Assembly: GCA_963833985.1 (NCBI GenBank) | Contig: CAWIAD010000002.1 | Coordinates: 1,952,001-2,016,000, forward strand | DNA: 64,000 bases | Reading direction: 5' to 3' | Origin: an uncultured Planctomycetaceae bacterium | GTDB lineage: Bacteria > Planctomycetota > Planctomycetia > Isosphaerales > Isosphaeraceae | In this document: piece after piece, positions 1 to 12,406 of the stretch | Layout: the number at the start of each line of letters is the position of its first letter | Position numbering within the stretch: position 1 is the stretch's first letter | The notes under the pieces: generated by a model | The model's input: the letters and a program-made list of their open reading frames with translations, nothing else | What the model was told of the DNA's origin: nothing | The model's database searches: none | Program-made: the position numbers and the translations under genes

Positions 1-635
1 CGGCGAAGCTCCCTCGCCCAGGCCTGGTCACTATCGTCCTGATTCCGCGTGACCCAGGGATGGATCTCCGCGGCCCGCAGCGTAGGGATCATCTCGCTGC
101 GCTCGGACTCGGCGTACTGGCCGTCTTCCCCGAGCCGGAGAATGGTGACCCTGCACTGATCGCAGATCCAGACCTCGCGGACTCCCAATCGGCGGTAGAC
201 CTCGACGGCGTCGTCCGCGTCATGGCTGATCACGACCTCGATCGCGAGGTCCGGAGGCGGGTCGGTGCGCAAGTTCAGCGTTCTCTTGCCGCGCATGCGA
301 TCCAGGTTCGTGAAGTAAAAAGTTTCGTCTCCCTCCACGCCACCTTTCTTCGACCGTCGTCGCAATGTGGTCGAGCGTGCACCGCGGCAGGGAATCTCGA
401 GCTCCTCGGCAATGACAAAGACGAACAGTCCTGCGAGCCGCGTCATGAGTTCATGCAGGTAAGACGGCGACACCAGGGTCACGCTCTCGTCGAGATAGAC
501 CATGCGCGGCTGCCGGCGCTCGCCCCGCAGCTTCAGGAGCGTCGCGTACCCCTTCCAGCCGACGTCGGGGAAGACGACGCACTGGTCGGCGTCGCTCTCG
601 ATGCTTTGAGCTGGAGTGGCTGTCGCGGTAGTCAT
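1..635 (-). CDS. Uma2 (DUF820) family putative endonuclease, runs off window start
   Basis: Own translation of the minus strand from ATG at 635: MTTATATPAQ...VGWKGYATLLKLRGE...GVEGDETFYF...PPPDLAIEVVISH...YRRLGVREVWI. Not in the ORF track because it has no stop in the window. Confidence 0.85.
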   Translation of the reverse strand, partial: MTTATATPAQSIESDADQCVVFPDVGWKGYATLLKLRGERRQPRMVYLDESVTLVSPSYLHELMTRLAGLFVFVIAEELEIPCRGARSTTLRRRSKKGGVEGDETFYFTNLDRMRGKRTLNLRTDPPPDLAIEVVISHDADDAVEVYRRLGVREVWICDQCRVTILRLGEDGQYAESERSEMIPTLRAAEIHPWVTRNQDDSDQAWARELR

Positions 636-680
636 TCCCTGGTCTCCGGGTCGTTCCAGATCGCTCACTTGCCTGATCGG

Positions 681-1289
681 TCAGCCAGCAAGATCCTTGA
701 CTGCAATACATCCCAGTTCACGGCCGTCGAGCACCAGGGGGACTTCTCCATCTGCCCCGTAGAACGCGACGTCCTGGAAAGCTGCGGCTCGGCCCCGGCC
801 TGACGGGCGGCCATAAACCTCGATCCGCTTCTGAGCCAGGTTGACGATCCAGTATGTGCTCACGCCGACCGCCGCATACCTGCGCCATTTAACGCCCCGG
901 TCCGTGGCATAGCTCACGTCGGAGACTTCGATCAGGAGACCGAGGTCAGCGGCCCGCGGCGCGCGATCGCGATAGCGTTCGCGCGGTGCTCGAACCACGG
1001 CGATATCAGGCTCGGGACGCCAGAACTTGCCGAGCACCACGGATTTCTCTTCCCGGGCAAACCAGGCCGGCTCGAGCAGGCGATTGAGCGTTGCTCCCAG
1101 CAGGTCGACCGCGAAATCGTGGGGGTCGTTCTTTGTCATCTTGCGGCAGAGCACCCCTCCGAGCAGCTCGACACGGGCTCGATCGGGGAAGAGGCCGGCG
1201 CCGATCATCCTCTCGAATTGCCTCACGCTCATGCGATAAGGCTTCAGCCCCTGTTCGGTGCCGGTTGAAGGATGGATTTCGGTGACCAT
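681..1289 (-). CDS. Uma2 (DUF820) family putative endonuclease
   Basis: RVELLGG, RPEPDIAVV, LLIEVSDVS...K...YAAVGVSTYWIVNL motifs. Confidence 0.9.
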   Translation of the reverse strand: MVTEIHPSTGTEQGLKPYRMSVRQFERMIGAGLFPDRARVELLGGVLCRKMTKNDPHDFAVDLLGATLNRLLEPAWFAREEKSVVLGKFWRPEPDIAVVRAPRERYRDRAPRAADLGLLIEVSDVSYATDRGVKWRRYAAVGVSTYWIVNLAQKRIEVYGRPSGRGRAAAFQDVAFYGADGEVPLVLDGRELGCIAVKDLAG

Positions 1290-1341
1290 GATCGATGCCT
1301 CTTCGACAGCTCGTGAGCCGGAAAGTCGGCCCGCGGCCTGG

Positions 1342-1931
1342 TTACTTCGTCGCCTTGTACTCCGCCTCGGCGTCGGTCAATTCCAGCTGCTTCTGATGGA
1401 GCGAGCGGATTTTCTTGAGAAAGTCAGCCTTGCGGCGCTCCGATTCGACGCGGGCGGCCTCAAGACGGGCCTGATACTCCTCTTCGGCCATGTGATCGAG
1501 CGCCTTCTCCCCCAGTTTGCCTCCCTTGAAAAAATCCGCCAGGAGTTGTATTTGCTCTTTCTCTCGTCCAGTTCCAGCCTTTTCGGCGTCTCGTGTCATC
1601 TCTTTAATGACGTCGTCCGAGTTGACGAGCGGGATCATCTGCCCGGCCATCCTCAGTTTCCTGATCTCGTCCTTGACTTCCGACAGTGCCCTGCTGCGAT
1701 TCTCGAGTTCGAGCTTCCCACCTGTTTTCAGGCATTCCAGCAGGTTGTGCCGGGCCGCGTCGCATTCCACCTTCAGGAGTTCGACCTCGGCATGCAGGTC
1801 GGCGATGCGGGCGCGAAGCTTGGCTTCCGGCGAATCGGCCCCTCCGGTCCCGGCACCGCGCCATGGCCCGCGACGAGGATCAGGATAGCCACAAACCCCG
1901 GCGCGAAGACGATCCAGCGCAGCCTCGACAT
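1342..1931 (-). CDS. Secreted coiled-coil hypothetical protein with one apparent frameshift (~1840-1870)
   Basis: Signal-like MSRLRWIVFAPGFVAILILVAG in one frame; helical EAKLRARIADLHAEVELLKVECD...KATK in another. Confidence 0.55.
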
Positions 1932-1956
1932 TGGTGCGGCTCCTCTCTCGATCGGT

Positions 1957-3060
1957 TTACCGGCCCCGGCCCAGAAACTCCTTGATCGAATCGTAGATTC
2001 CTTCCTTGTTGCGGATCTCGGACAGGGCGAGGTTGGGGACCTCGTCGAAGGCTTCCTCCAGCTCGCGGTAGAACTCGCCCGAGCCGTAGGGGCTCTCCAC
2101 CTGCCCGTAGCAGAACAGGTTGCACTTGGGCAGGAGCTGGTCGCGCAACAGGCTGATGCAGTTGCGGTTGTCCTCGCCCCAGTTGTCGCCGTCGGAGAAG
2201 TGCAGGACGTAGATGTTCCAGTCCATCGGCGAATGGAATTCGTCAATGATCTTGTTCGCCAGCGAGTAGGCGGAGCTGATGCGCGTACCGCCGCTTTCGC
2301 GGGTGTGGTAGAAGGTGTGTTCGTCGACCTCGCGGGCGACGGCGTCGTGGATGATGTAGCGCGTGGTGACGCCGTCGTACTGGCTTTTCAGCCAGGTGTC
2401 GATCCAGAACGCCTCGGTGCGGACGATCTCTTTCTGGTCGTCGGTCATCGACCCGGAGACGTCCATCAGGTAGAGCACGACGGCGTTGAACTGCGGCAGC
2501 GAGATCGGGTTCCACGAGCGGTAGAGCTTGTCCTCGCGGATCGGGATCACCAGCGGGTCGCGCGGGTCGTACTGGTTCGAGGCGATCTGCCGCTTGAGCG
2601 CCTTCTTGTAGGTGCGCTTGAAGTGCCGCAAGCTTTCGGGCCCGGCCTGGCGGATACCCGTGTAGCGGTCCTTGTCCTCGACGATGTTCGCCCGGCCCTT
2701 GGGTTCAATCCGCGGCAGGGCGAGCTCCTCGCCGAGGATCTGGGCCAGGTCGTCCATGGTGAGCTCGACCTCGAGGATGTGGTGTCCCGGGGCCTCGCCG
2801 GCCCCCTGGCCGGGCTCGCCGTCGCTGGACCGGCCAATCGGCGTGCCGACGTCGCCCGGCCCTTGCCCCACGCCGCCCCGGTTCTTTGCCCCGTAGCGGA
2901 ACTCCGGGATCTCGATCTGCGGCAAGGGGATCGACACGAACTCGCCGCCCGACTTGCCGATCAGCTCGCCGTGCGTGATGTACTTGCGCAGGTCCGACTT
3001 GATCTTGCCGCGGACGATCTGCTTGAAGCGATTGGCATCTCGATCGATTTTTCGCACCAC
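1957..3060 (-). CDS. yhbH: DUF444 / YeaH-YhbH family vWA-like protein
   Basis: [39 protein letters not shown] motifs; next to a PrkA gene. Confidence 0.9.
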   Translation of the reverse strand: MVRKIDRDANRFKQIVRGKIKSDLRKYITHGELIGKSGGEFVSIPLPQIEIPEFRYGAKNRGGVGQGPGDVGTPIGRSSDGEPGQGAGEAPGHHILEVELTMDDLAQILGEELALPRIEPKGRANIVEDKDRYTGIRQAGPESLRHFKRTYKKALKRQIASNQYDPRDPLVIPIREDKLYRSWNPISLPQFNAVVLYLMDVSGSMTDDQKEIVRTEAFWIDTWLKSQYDGVTTRYIIHDAVAREVDEHTFYHTRESGGTRISSAYSLANKIIDEFHSPMDWNIYVLHFSDGDNWGEDNRNCISLLRDQLLPKCNLFCYGQVESPYGSGEFYRELEEAFDEVPNLALSEIRNKEGIYDSIKEFLGRGR

Positions 3061-3711
3061 GGCTCCCCCGCCCCCGCCGTCGCGTGTATGGCATCAACGA
3101 CCTGGAAGAACTTGCCGGCTTGTTCCGGACTCACCCACGGCCGTTTCGCTTCTGTTTCTGGTGACTGAACCTCAGCTTCGCATTTCCCCAGGGTCCAACG
3201 GCTCAACGTGCTGCCGAGCGTCCGGACGCACTCGCGTCCGTCCGGCAAACGTCCGCGCAGGTGGCCGCGTCCGCGAACCGGAAGGATGAACGATCCGACC
3301 GCTGGCGAGATGGAAAAGAACAGATTGGTTCCCGCCGGCTCGGTTCAGAATCGGCGCCGCAGTGAGCATCCGAAAGGGTAGGTCGAAAGCAGCAGTCAGT
3401 GGATGACGATCGTGTTCCGGGATGATGTCTCACTCACTACTTTAGCTTATAGCAAATTCTAGACCCACGCCCATCCCGGATTCAAGGAAACATTCGAGAG
3501 ATTGGACGGCTGCCGCACACGGCAGACCATGCGCCGGTGACTTTGTCCCACACCCGGCGGGTGCAGCACGGTGAACGCCACGGGAATGCACGTCGTGTCT
3601 GCCGGCAACCCTGGAACGCGGATCCGAGCACCGGCGCCGCGGTCACGGGCATGCCCGGACCGCGGTTGACGCTGGCGTACCAGGTGGTCCCGGTTGGTTC
3701 CCGCCCTGCGG

Positions 3712-5772
3712 TTAATGGCTGCCGCGCTTGACGTCGCCGCGTGCGAAGATGCTGGCCACGTAGTTGAGGACGTCCGTCGCGGAATCCTCATCGTAACCAT
3801 AGTTGCGGATGAGCCGGGCCTTGACGATGTCGATCTTCTCCTGCGTGTCCTTGTCGACCACGCTCGAGACCAGGCTTGTGAGCTTGATCGTATCTTTCTG
3901 GTCCTGGAAGAGCTTCAGTTCCAGGGCCTTCTGGAGCCGTTCGTTGGTGCGGTAATCGAACCTCTTGCCGTCCAGGGACAGGGCCCCGATGTAGTTCATG
4001 ATCTCGCGGCGGAAATCGTCCTTGCGGCTTTCGGGGATATCGATCTTCTCCTCGATCGAACGCATGAGCCGCTCATCGGGTTCCTCGGTCTGGCCGGTGT
4101 ACTTGTTCTTGACTTTCTCCCGCTGGGTGTACGCCTTGACGTTGTCAATGTAGTTACCGCAAAGCCGGGTGAGGGCGTCCTCGTCGGCCGCGATGGCGCG
4201 CTGCACCTCGTTCTTCACGATGTCCTCGTATTCCTCTTTGACCAGCGAGAGCAGGTGCCGGTAGTGCTTGCGCGTCTCATCGCTGTTGATCAGCGAGTGA
4301 TGCTTGAGCCCAGTCTCCAGCTCGTTGAGGACCATGAACGGATTGATCGACCGCTCGTTGGGATGAGCCACCAGGGCGTTGGAGATCTTGTCCTGGACGT
4401 AGCGCGGGCTGATCCCCTGCATTCCCTCGCGCTCGGCCTCCTCGCGCAGCTCCTTGATGTTGTCCTCGGTGAACCCGGGCAATGTCTTGCCGTTGTAGAG
4501 CTTGAGCTTCTGCATCAGGGTCAGCCCGGCGTTCTTGGGTTCTTCCAGCCGGGTGAGCACCGCCCACATGGCGGCCACCTCCAGGGTGTGCGGGGCCAGC
4601 CGCTTGCCCCGTACCTTGCGATCGTTGTAGTCCTTCTCGTAGATCCGGATCTCATCGGACAGCCGGGTCACGTAGGGGACGTCAATCTTCACCGTCCGGT
4701 CGCGCAGGGCCTCCATGAACTCGTTGGACTGGAGCTTCTTGTATTCCGGCTCGTTGGTGTGGCCGACGATCACCTCGTCGATGTCGGTCTGCGCGAACTT
4801 CTTGGGCTTGATCTTGTGTTCCTGGCTGGCCCCCAGCAGATCATAGAGGAACGCCACGTCCAGCTTCAGCACCTCGATGAACTCGATCACGCCGCGGTTG
4901 GCGATGTTGAACTCGCCGTCGAAGTTGAAGGCGCGTGGATCGCTCTCGGTGCCGTACTCGGCGATCTTGCGGTAGTTGATGTCGCCGGTCAGCTCGGTGG
5001 CGTCCTGGTTCTTCTCGTCCTTGGGCTGGAATGTGCCGATCCCCACGCGATCCTGCTCGGAAAGGATGAGCCGCCGGACCACGACGTCCCCGACCACGCG
5101 CGACCAGTCGCCACCGTACTGCTCCATGCGCTCGTTGAACATCTGGCGGCAGAACGGGCAGAGGTCGCCTTCAATTGCCAGCTCATAAACGTGCGGCACC
5201 GTCTCGGCCCTAAGCAGCCGCGTCACCTCCTCGCGGTCCTCCTGAGGGATGAGGTGGAGCGGCTCCTCGTGCATCGGGCATTCGGTGATGATCTCTTCCC
5301 CGTCGGGGCCAGCCTCCTTCCAGGCAAAGCTGAAGAGCCGGCCTTCATCGGTGCGCGAGTACCGCTCCAGTCCCTTCTTGACCAGCCGTGCAATCGTGCT
5401 CTTGGAACTGCCCACCGGCCCGTGCAAGAGCAGAACGCGGCGCTCGGTGCCGTAGCCGTGCGCGGCGCTCTTGAGGACGTTGACCAGGTTGATCATCGTC
5501 CGCTCCAGTCCGTAGATCGCGTCCTCGCCCGTATTATCGGGATCCTCGAAGAACTTGTAGCGCAGCAGCTTCTCCTTGTTGACAATGATCTCCTCGGTCC
5601 CCTTGCTGAGGATCATGTCGTAGAGCCGCTGGTACGCCGTCCGGGTCACGTTCGGATCGCGCCGGACGATGTCGATGTATTCCGCGAAGCTACCGGACCA
5701 GTGCTTCTTCTGGTAATCGTCCAGATTCTGGCGACTCGCGATCAGCGAGATCAGATCCGATCCAGTGGACAT
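3712..5772 (-). CDS. prkA: PrkA/YeaG family AAA+ serine protein kinase
   Basis: [13 protein letters not shown]alker [30 protein letters not shown]. Confidence 0.95.
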   Translation of the reverse strand: MSTGSDLISLIASRQNLDDYQKKHWSGSFAEYIDIVRRDPNVTRTAYQRLYDMILSKGTEEIIVNKEKLLRYKFFEDPDNTGEDAIYGLERTMINLVNVLKSAAHGYGTERRVLLLHGPVGSSKSTIARLVKKGLERYSRTDEGRLFSFAWKEAGPDGEEIITECPMHEEPLHLIPQEDREEVTRLLRAETVPHVYELAIEGDLCPFCRQMFNERMEQYGGDWSRVVGDVVVRRLILSEQDRVGIGTFQPKDEKNQDATELTGDINYRKIAEYGTESDPRAFNFDGEFNIANRGVIEFIEVLKLDVAFLYDLLGASQEHKIKPKKFAQTDIDEVIVGHTNEPEYKKLQSNEFMEALRDRTVKIDVPYVTRLSDEIRIYEKDYNDRKVRGKRLAPHTLEVAAMWAVLTRLEEPKNAGLTLMQKLKLYNGKTLPGFTEDNIKELREEAEREGMQGISPRYVQDKISNALVAHPNERSINPFMVLNELETGLKHHSLINSDETRKHYRHLLSLVKEEYEDIVKNEVQRAIAADEDALTRLCGNYIDNVKAYTQREKVKNKYTGQTEEPDERLMRSIEEKIDIPESRKDDFRREIMNYIGALSLDGKRFDYRTNERLQKALELKLFQDQKDTIKLTSLVSSVVDKDTQEKIDIVKARLIRNYGYDEDSATDVLNYVASIFARGDVKRGSH

Positions 5773-6779
5773 GTGAAGTTCCCTCCTGAAGGCACCTTGA
5801 TCCCTGATGTCGGCTCGAGCCCGCGGGCACCGCCGAGCCCGCGGCCCCGGCGCGTCGAAGGCCGCTCAAACAACCCGTCCGCCCGCGGCGCGCAGCGTGG
5901 TAGTATCCTCATTGTGGCTGAGGCTTCGGCCAAATTGTCAAGCAAACCTGGTGACGATGGGAACGTCCGTCAAGCCGGCAGCCGTCAGGCCTTGAAGAAC
6001 ACAAGCAGTTCGGAGGCCGGGGAGATGGTCTCCACGCAAAATTGGCACCTGGGGACCGGCGCGACAGTCATCGCCGGCGCCAGCCAATCAATTTATTACA
6101 ACGCCCGTCTTGCGATTCTGTCAAGCGAACCAGCAAACATGCTGCCGGATTGCCCCGGCCCTCCACGGCTTCGGCCTGACTCGTGCGCTCTCGGATCCAT
6201 TTCTCCCCGATCGCCAGATCCCCTCCGTTCATGGCCAGTCCCGGACGTGAGACCAGACGACGGTCACAAGCCCATCCGAGCCAGGCAGCAAAACGCACGC
6301 CAGCCGCGCACCGCGGCGGGTTCTCGCCGGCATCCGCGATCCCCGTACCTGGCCGATTCCCGGGTCTTCCGACCCGGCAAGCTGGCGGTTTCGGAGCGAC
6401 CGATGTTCGGGCCTGGTGCACCAGGGGCGCAACGTTTCCAGGGCCGACCCGCCCTGCCTGAGCCCAAACTTTGTGCGAATCGCCCGGATCCGCCGCATCC
6501 CCTGGCAAGCTCTGAACGGCACAACAGGGGGCTTCGCCTGCTGCGGCAACCGGCGGACCGATGCCGGTCTCTGCGCCGGTGTGCTCAGAAAAAACCGGGC
6601 TCGCGGCCCTGTTCGAGCCGAGCTAACATCAAGCCTGGCGAGTTCTTTTGCAACGGAGGGCCACCGCGACGGCGGCCTTGATGGAATCTCCGGGCGGACG
6701 CCGTTCATGGCGAGCACGCTTCGTCGCAGCAGGAGGCGGCTCCGGCGGCAAGGTCACATCCAGGTTCGAGGCAAGGGCA

Positions 6780-8920
6780 ATGACGGGAAAGGATACCGGA
6801 CTGGACCTGGAATCATTCTTGCTGCTCATGCGCGCCGACCTGGGCACCTGGGCGCTGCTGGGGCTGGGAACACTGGTCCTGGGCCTTCTCGCCTGCCTGA
6901 GCTGGGGTTCGCGGCGGGCGCTGAGGCGCTGCCTGGCCCTCTCGGTGCTGGCCCACGCGGGGCTGGCACTCTATGGCAGCACGGTTCCGGCGGTCTTCCG
7001 GGTCTTCCGGCTGGCCGCACGCGAGAGCGGGCGCAAGCCGCACATCCGGCAGATTCGCGTCACGCCGGTGCCGGCGCGCCTGAGATTTCCGCCGGACTGC
7101 GCTCACCGGCCGCTCCGGACGGCCCCCCGAGCATGGTCGACGGCGGCCGGCTGATGGTGCCGGCCGCCTCGCCGGACCTGGCCATCGAGCCCTTGCGGCT
7201 GGCGGGCACCGGTTCAACCTCCCTTCGAAACCGAGGCCCTCACCAGCGCCGCGCCGTCCGCGGCGCCGCCGGATCTGCCCAGGGCGCCCGCTCAGCCATC
7301 CCTGCCGGTACCGCTCGCCATCCCGCCCGGCAGGCGCCTTGCCGAGGCTGGCGGGCCGGCCGTCCCGCGCCCGCCAGCGCGGCTGCCGTGCGACTGTCGC
7401 AGCCGCCGGCTCTTGCCCCACCGGCGGCCGGGGAGCTGGCCCTGCTCGTGCCCGAACCGGTGCGGTACAAGCCTTCCGCTGCGGCCGCGGAACGGCGGTC
7501 GCTCATCTCGGCACCGGCAATCTCAGTTCTGGCCGCGGCGGACCTGCGGGCCGAGGCAGCGCGGCAGCAGGCCACGGCCGCGGCCGAGGTCCAGCCTCGA
7601 TCGGAGTCCGTGAGCACGGTGAAGCCCCTGCCGATCCCAGTGGCCCACGCACTTCCGGCTGCTCGCCCGTCCGCCAGGCCCGGTCCTTTCTCGGGCGATC
7701 TGTCCAGGCCCTCCGGCAGCCGCAACCTGAGCGAGGTGCCCCGATTCTACCGCTCCCGGCTCGATGCCAACCGCTCCAACCTGGCGCAGCGGGCCGGTGC
7801 CAGCCCGGCCAGCGAGCAGGCCGTCGAGCGGGCCCTCGACTGGCTGGCTCGCCACCAGGATGCCGACGGCCGCTGGGATGGCGGCACAGCGCGCTACGAG
7901 GACGCCACGGCCGTTCCCGGCGACGACGATTTCACGGTGCACTGCCCTCCCGGGCAAACCTGCTTTGGCGAGTGTGCCTACTGGGATGCCGACACCGCGC
8001 TTTCGGGCCTGGCCCTGCTGACCTACCTGGGTGCCGGCTACACCCACAAGGAGGGGAAGTTTGCCATCACCATGGGCAATGGACTGGACTTCCTGCTGGC
8101 ACAACAGCGCCCCGATGGCGATCTCAGAGGTCCGAGCAAGGTCGTGGGGATGTACTGTCACGCCATGGCCACTCTGGCTCTCTGCGAGGCCTACGCCCTG
8201 AGCCTGGACCCCGGCCTCCGTGAGCCGGCCGAACGAGCCGTCGCCTTCCTGGTCCGCAGCCGCGCTCGCGACGGACAGGCATGGAGGTACGCTCCGGGAG
8301 CACCGATGGGGGATACAAGCATTCTTGGCTGGGTTGTCATGGCGCTCAAGTCGGCCCGGGAGCTGGGGCTCTCCCTGCCCGAACAGGAGAGTGTCCGCCA
8401 CGGCACGCTGGAATGGCTGGACCGGGTAGCGGGGGGGCAGGACAGGGGCCTGGCACGCTACCAGCCCAACGAACCGGTCACGGCCACCATGACGGCCGAG
8501 GCCTGGGTCTGCCGCCAGTTTCTGGGAACCGGCGGCCCGGGCCCGGCCAGCACCGAGGCCGCGCTTTACGTCTTGAAACATGAGTCGGACAAGGGCGAAT
8601 CGAACTTCTACTACTGGTATTACGGAACGCTTGCCCTGTACCAGCACGGAGGTCCGTCGTGGACACGCTGGAATGGCCGCCTGCGCGATCGGATCGTGAC
8701 CTTGCAACGAACCGCTGGCCACCAGTCCGGCAGCTGGGACCCGGACGAGAGCATGTACGGGGCGAAGGGCGGGCGCATCTACTGCACGGCGATGGCCGCC
8801 CTCTCGCTCGAGGTCTACTATCGCTACCTCAGGCTTTACGATAACCCCCGGCTGCCCTCGAGCGCCGATCCGGCTGCCGCATCGTCCCCGGCGCAAGCGG
8901 CGGACCGCTCCGCCCCCTGA
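6780..8920 (+). CDS. Membrane-anchored prenyltransferase/squalene-cyclase-repeat protein, apparent frameshift ~7080-7150
   Basis: N-terminal TM segments in the 6648 frame (MTGKDTGL...ALSVLAHAGL). C-terminal alpha/alpha-barrel repeats WLARHQDADGRW, MYCHAMATLALCEAY, YYWYYGTLAL, LEVYYRY in the 6416 frame. Confidence 0.75.
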
Positions 8921-9044
8921 GCCTCTCAGCTCCTAGAGCCGCGCGCCCACGGCCGCGGACGGCCCGCGCGGGGCAGGGAAGGACCATCAGAGTGGCCGAC
9001 CCGTTGACCGGATGACCGGGCGGAGACTCCGGCGGACGGCACGC

Positions 9045-9641
9045 TCACTTCTCCGCGAGCGCTTTCTCGATGGCCCCGCAAAGCGTGGTCGACTCGGGCT
9101 TGACGTCCGGCGGGAACCTGGAAACGATCTCGCCCCTGCGGTTGACCAGGAACTTGGTGAAGTTCCAGGGAATCGGTCCGGCATGCTTCGCATCCGTGGC
9201 GGGGCTGGTCAGGTAGTCGTAGAGGGGATGAATGCCCTGGCCCTTGACGACGATCTTGGAGAACAGCGGAAAGCTCACCTTGTACCGGGACGTGCAGAAT
9301 TGCTTGATCTGTTCGTCAGTCCCCGGCTCCTGGGCGCCGAATTCGTTGGCCGGGAATGCCAGGACCTCGAAGCCCTGGTCCTTGTACTTCTGGTAAATCT
9401 CCTCGAGTCCCTTGTATTGTGGAGTATAGCCGCACTGGCTGGCCGTGTTCACGAACAGCAGGACCTTACCCTGGAACCTGGCCAGCGCAACATCCTTGCC
9501 GTCGATGTCTTTCACCGTGAAATCCAGGACGGATGCGGGTTTCTTCGGGGCGTCCTGTGCCAGGACCGCGGCCCAGGAGAGCGATGCGAGCAGGAGGCCT
9601 GGAACGGCCAATCCAACGATTGGAATGATTCGGGCCAGCAC
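9045..9641 (-). CDS. Glutathione peroxidase with signal peptide
   Basis: VNTASQCGYT, LAFPANEFGAQEPG, IPWNFTKFLV; GTG start after GAGG. Confidence 0.93.
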   Translation of the reverse strand: MLARIIPIVGLAVPGLLLASLSWAAVLAQDAPKKPASVLDFTVKDIDGKDVALARFQGKVLLFVNTASQCGYTPQYKGLEEIYQKYKDQGFEVLAFPANEFGAQEPGTDEQIKQFCTSRYKVSFPLFSKIVVKGQGIHPLYDYLTSPATDAKHAGPIPWNFTKFLVNRRGEIVSRFPPDVKPESTTLCGAIEKALAEK

Positions 9642-9930
9642 GGGTGGGTCCTCTTGAGAGAAAAGTTCGAGGCAAGCACGGGTCGGACAGGCCGCCGGGA
9701 AGGCCGCAAGTGGGAGGCGGCTGGCCGTTGCACCGTCATCGGGGGGAGCTTCCAACAAGCTGAATGTATGATGCAACGTCGGAATTGAAAATTCAAGAGT
9801 GGCCGTTGCGGCTCGGGCTCGTGCCGGGAGTCTGGCGCCAGGGCCGCACGCGGGTCTCATGGGGTTGTGCCACCTGGCGGCTCACGCGCAGCAGCCGGAG
9901 TGGGCTCGGACAAGAGGGTCAGACAGACTG

Positions 9931-11528
9931 ATGATGGACGCACTCACGCCCGCGGCGCACGCGCGCTGGACCGGGCCCAGTTCCGTGCCCGCGCCCAGGG
10001 TGGCTCCAGCGTCGAGCCCGCCGACCTGCTGGCCGCACTGGTCGACGAGGCCGAGGGCCAGGCCATCGAGTTGCTGATCCAGTTCGGTCTCGAGCCGGCC
10101 CGCGTGCTCGACGCGCTGGGCGTTGATCCGGAACCGCCGATCCCCTCGGGCGGCACCGATCCCCTCGACGAACCGTCGGCGCTGCTCCCGCACTCGCCCG
10201 GCCTCCGCGCTGTCCTGCTGGAGGCGGGAACGCAGGCGCGGGCCCAGCAGCGCGGGCTGCACATCGGCACCGAGAGCCTGCTCGCCGGATTGCTGGCCGA
10301 TTCGTCCTCCGCGGCCCACCGGCTGAAGGAGTCCGGGCTGGATCTCGAAGGGCTGCGGCGCCACCTTGCCGAGCCGGTCGCCGCGCTCTCGCAGCCCGTT
10401 CCCCCGCTCGAGGGAATGGCCCCGCTGGATCTCTACGATCCGGTTCGCGCCGTCGATCTGGGCCGGATTCTCGACGCCTCGGCGAACCGGGCGCGCGAGG
10501 GCCTGCGCGTGGTCGAGGACTATGTCCGCTTCGCGCTCGACGACCCCGGTCTGACGCGCCGGCTCAAGGAGGTTCGCCACCGCCTGGCTGAAACCTTGCG
10601 CGGGTTCGACCCGGACCTGCTGATCGCCTCACGCGACACACGCGAGGATGTCGGCACGCACATCATGACCCGTTCGGAGCAGGTGCGTGAGAACCCCCGC
10701 GCCGTGCTCACGGCGAATTTCAAGCGCGTTGCGGAAGCCCTGCGCACGCTCGAAGAGTACGCCAAGCTGGTGGACGTCTGGCTCTCGGGACGCTTCGAAG
10801 TGCTGCGCTACGACGTGTACACGCTCGAGAAGCTCACGCTCACGGCCGTGCACGCCTTCCGCGCCCTCGCTGAAGCCAGGCTGTTGGTACTCGTCGGCGG
10901 TCTGCCCACCATGGGCGACCTGACGTGGATCGTCGGCGAGGCACTCGCCGGCGGCGCCCAGGTCATCGAGCTGCGCGAGAAGAACTTACCGGACCGCGCG
11001 CTGCTGTCGCGGGCCCGCGAGGTCCGCATTCTCACCGCCCAGGCCCGGGCGCACTTCATCATGAACGACCGTCCGGACCTGGCCCGCCTTGCCGGCGCCG
11101 ACGGCGTGCATCTCGGGCAAGAGGACGTCTCGGTGCGCGACGCGCGGCGGATCGTCGGCCCGAACCTGCTGGTCGGCGTGTCCACACACAGCCGCGTTCA
11201 GCTCGATGCGGCGATCCTCGCCGGGGCGGCATACCTCGGCGTGGGCCCGGTCTTTCCCAGCCGGACCAAGGAGTTCTCAGAGCCGCAGCTTGCCGGTCTG
11301 GCTTACGTGCAGGCCGCCGCCGAGACCACCAGCATTCCCTGGTTCGCCATCGGCGGCATCACCGAGCAGAACATCGAGCAGGTCCTGGCTGCGGGTGGCA
11401 CCCGCGTCGCCGTCAGCGCCGCGGTCGTCCGCGCCGGCCGCCCCAGGAAAGCCGCGGCGCGGCTGCGAGCCCTGCTCGAGGGACACGAGCCGGAGGACAC
11501 GGGCATGAACAGCGACGACGATTCTTGA
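9931..11528 (+). CDS. thiE: Thiamine-phosphate synthase with N-terminal Clp-N and ThiD2-like domains; apparent frameshift ~9960
   Basis: RILDASANRAREGLRVVED, ELREK, NDRPDLA, DGVHLGQED, GVSTHS, FAIGGI; N-terminal VEPADLLAAL / IGTESLLAGLL Clp-N-like repeats. Confidence 0.88.
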
Positions 11529-11833
11529 AGTGACCGCAGCGGTCAGATCAGGTTTGGAACAACGCGAACATCCACGTCGCCCTCCTGACCAGGAACATGG
11601 GCCAGCCACAACGGAACGCCTGGAAGGCTGCCATTCAGAAGACGCCCCTGGACGGCGGACCTCGGCCGTCCGTGCGTCAAAATCGACACGGATCACCGTT
11701 CCACGCGTTTTACGAGTCCACCTGGCTTGCTTTCCACCGGGCTCCTTTTGCATACTGGTCAGGCCTTGCCGGCGATGCTTGGATGAAGGCATTTCATGGA
11801 GCGACGGCGTCGCCGCTCTCACAGGGTGGCCCC

Positions 11834-12406
11834 GTGAAACCTGGGATGATCACCTGCCCTGAATCGAACGCGGTGGCGGCGTGTCATGATGCGGCGGACC
11901 GCTGGCGCGCCTTGGCGGCCTGCCGCGACTATCTCCGGCTGGTGGCGCGCCGGGGCAAGTGGTCGGCGCGCGCGGGTTTCCCGGCAACGTCGGACCTTGT
12001 CCAGAGGACGCTGGTCGATGCCTGGCATCATTTCCCCCGTTTCCAGGGTCGCACGCCAGCCCAGTTGCGGGCCTGGCTCAAGGCCATTCTGGTTCACGCC
12101 GCGCTCAACGACCGGCGCCGCAAGACTCCTCGATGGGACGACCGAGGCGTATCGGACCTGATCGACGGGGGTGCATCGCCCAGCCAGGAGGCCCAGCGGA
12201 ACGCCTCGCGTGAGGCGATTGACCTGGCACTGGAACGCCTGTCGGAACGGCACCGGATGATCGTTCGATTGCGCATCTGGGATCGATGCTCCTTTGCGGA
12301 AATCGGTCGGCAAATGGCCATCTCGGAAGACGCCGCGCGGATGCTCTACGGGCGAGCCATTGCCCGGTTGCGTGAAACCGTGGGGCCCGGCCATGATCCC
12401 CTATGA
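11834..12406 (+). CDS. ECF sigma-70 factor (start uncertain)
   Basis: CRDYLRLVA, SDLVQRT...FQGRTPAQLRAWLKAIL, LSERHRMIVRLR...SFAEIG...RAIARLR. Confidence 0.85.
   Translation: MKPGMITCPESNAVAACHDAADRWRALAACRDYLRLVARRGKWSARAGFPATSDLVQRTLVDAWHHFPRFQGRTPAQLRAWLKAILVHAALNDRRRKTPRWDDRGVSDLIDGGASPSQEAQRNASREAIDLALERLSERHRMIVRLRIWDRCSFAEIGRQMAISEDAARMLYGRAIARLRETVGPGHDPL

Noticed and set aside
3694..6681. 995-aa plus-strand ORF and similar long antisense ORFs (60..803, 1258..3168, 34222..35691)
   Set aside because: Shadow ORFs opposite well-supported genes in high-GC DNA
5773..6779. 1-kb divergent intergenic region as possible ncRNA or gene
   Set aside because: No recognisable RNA family or credible ORF by eye
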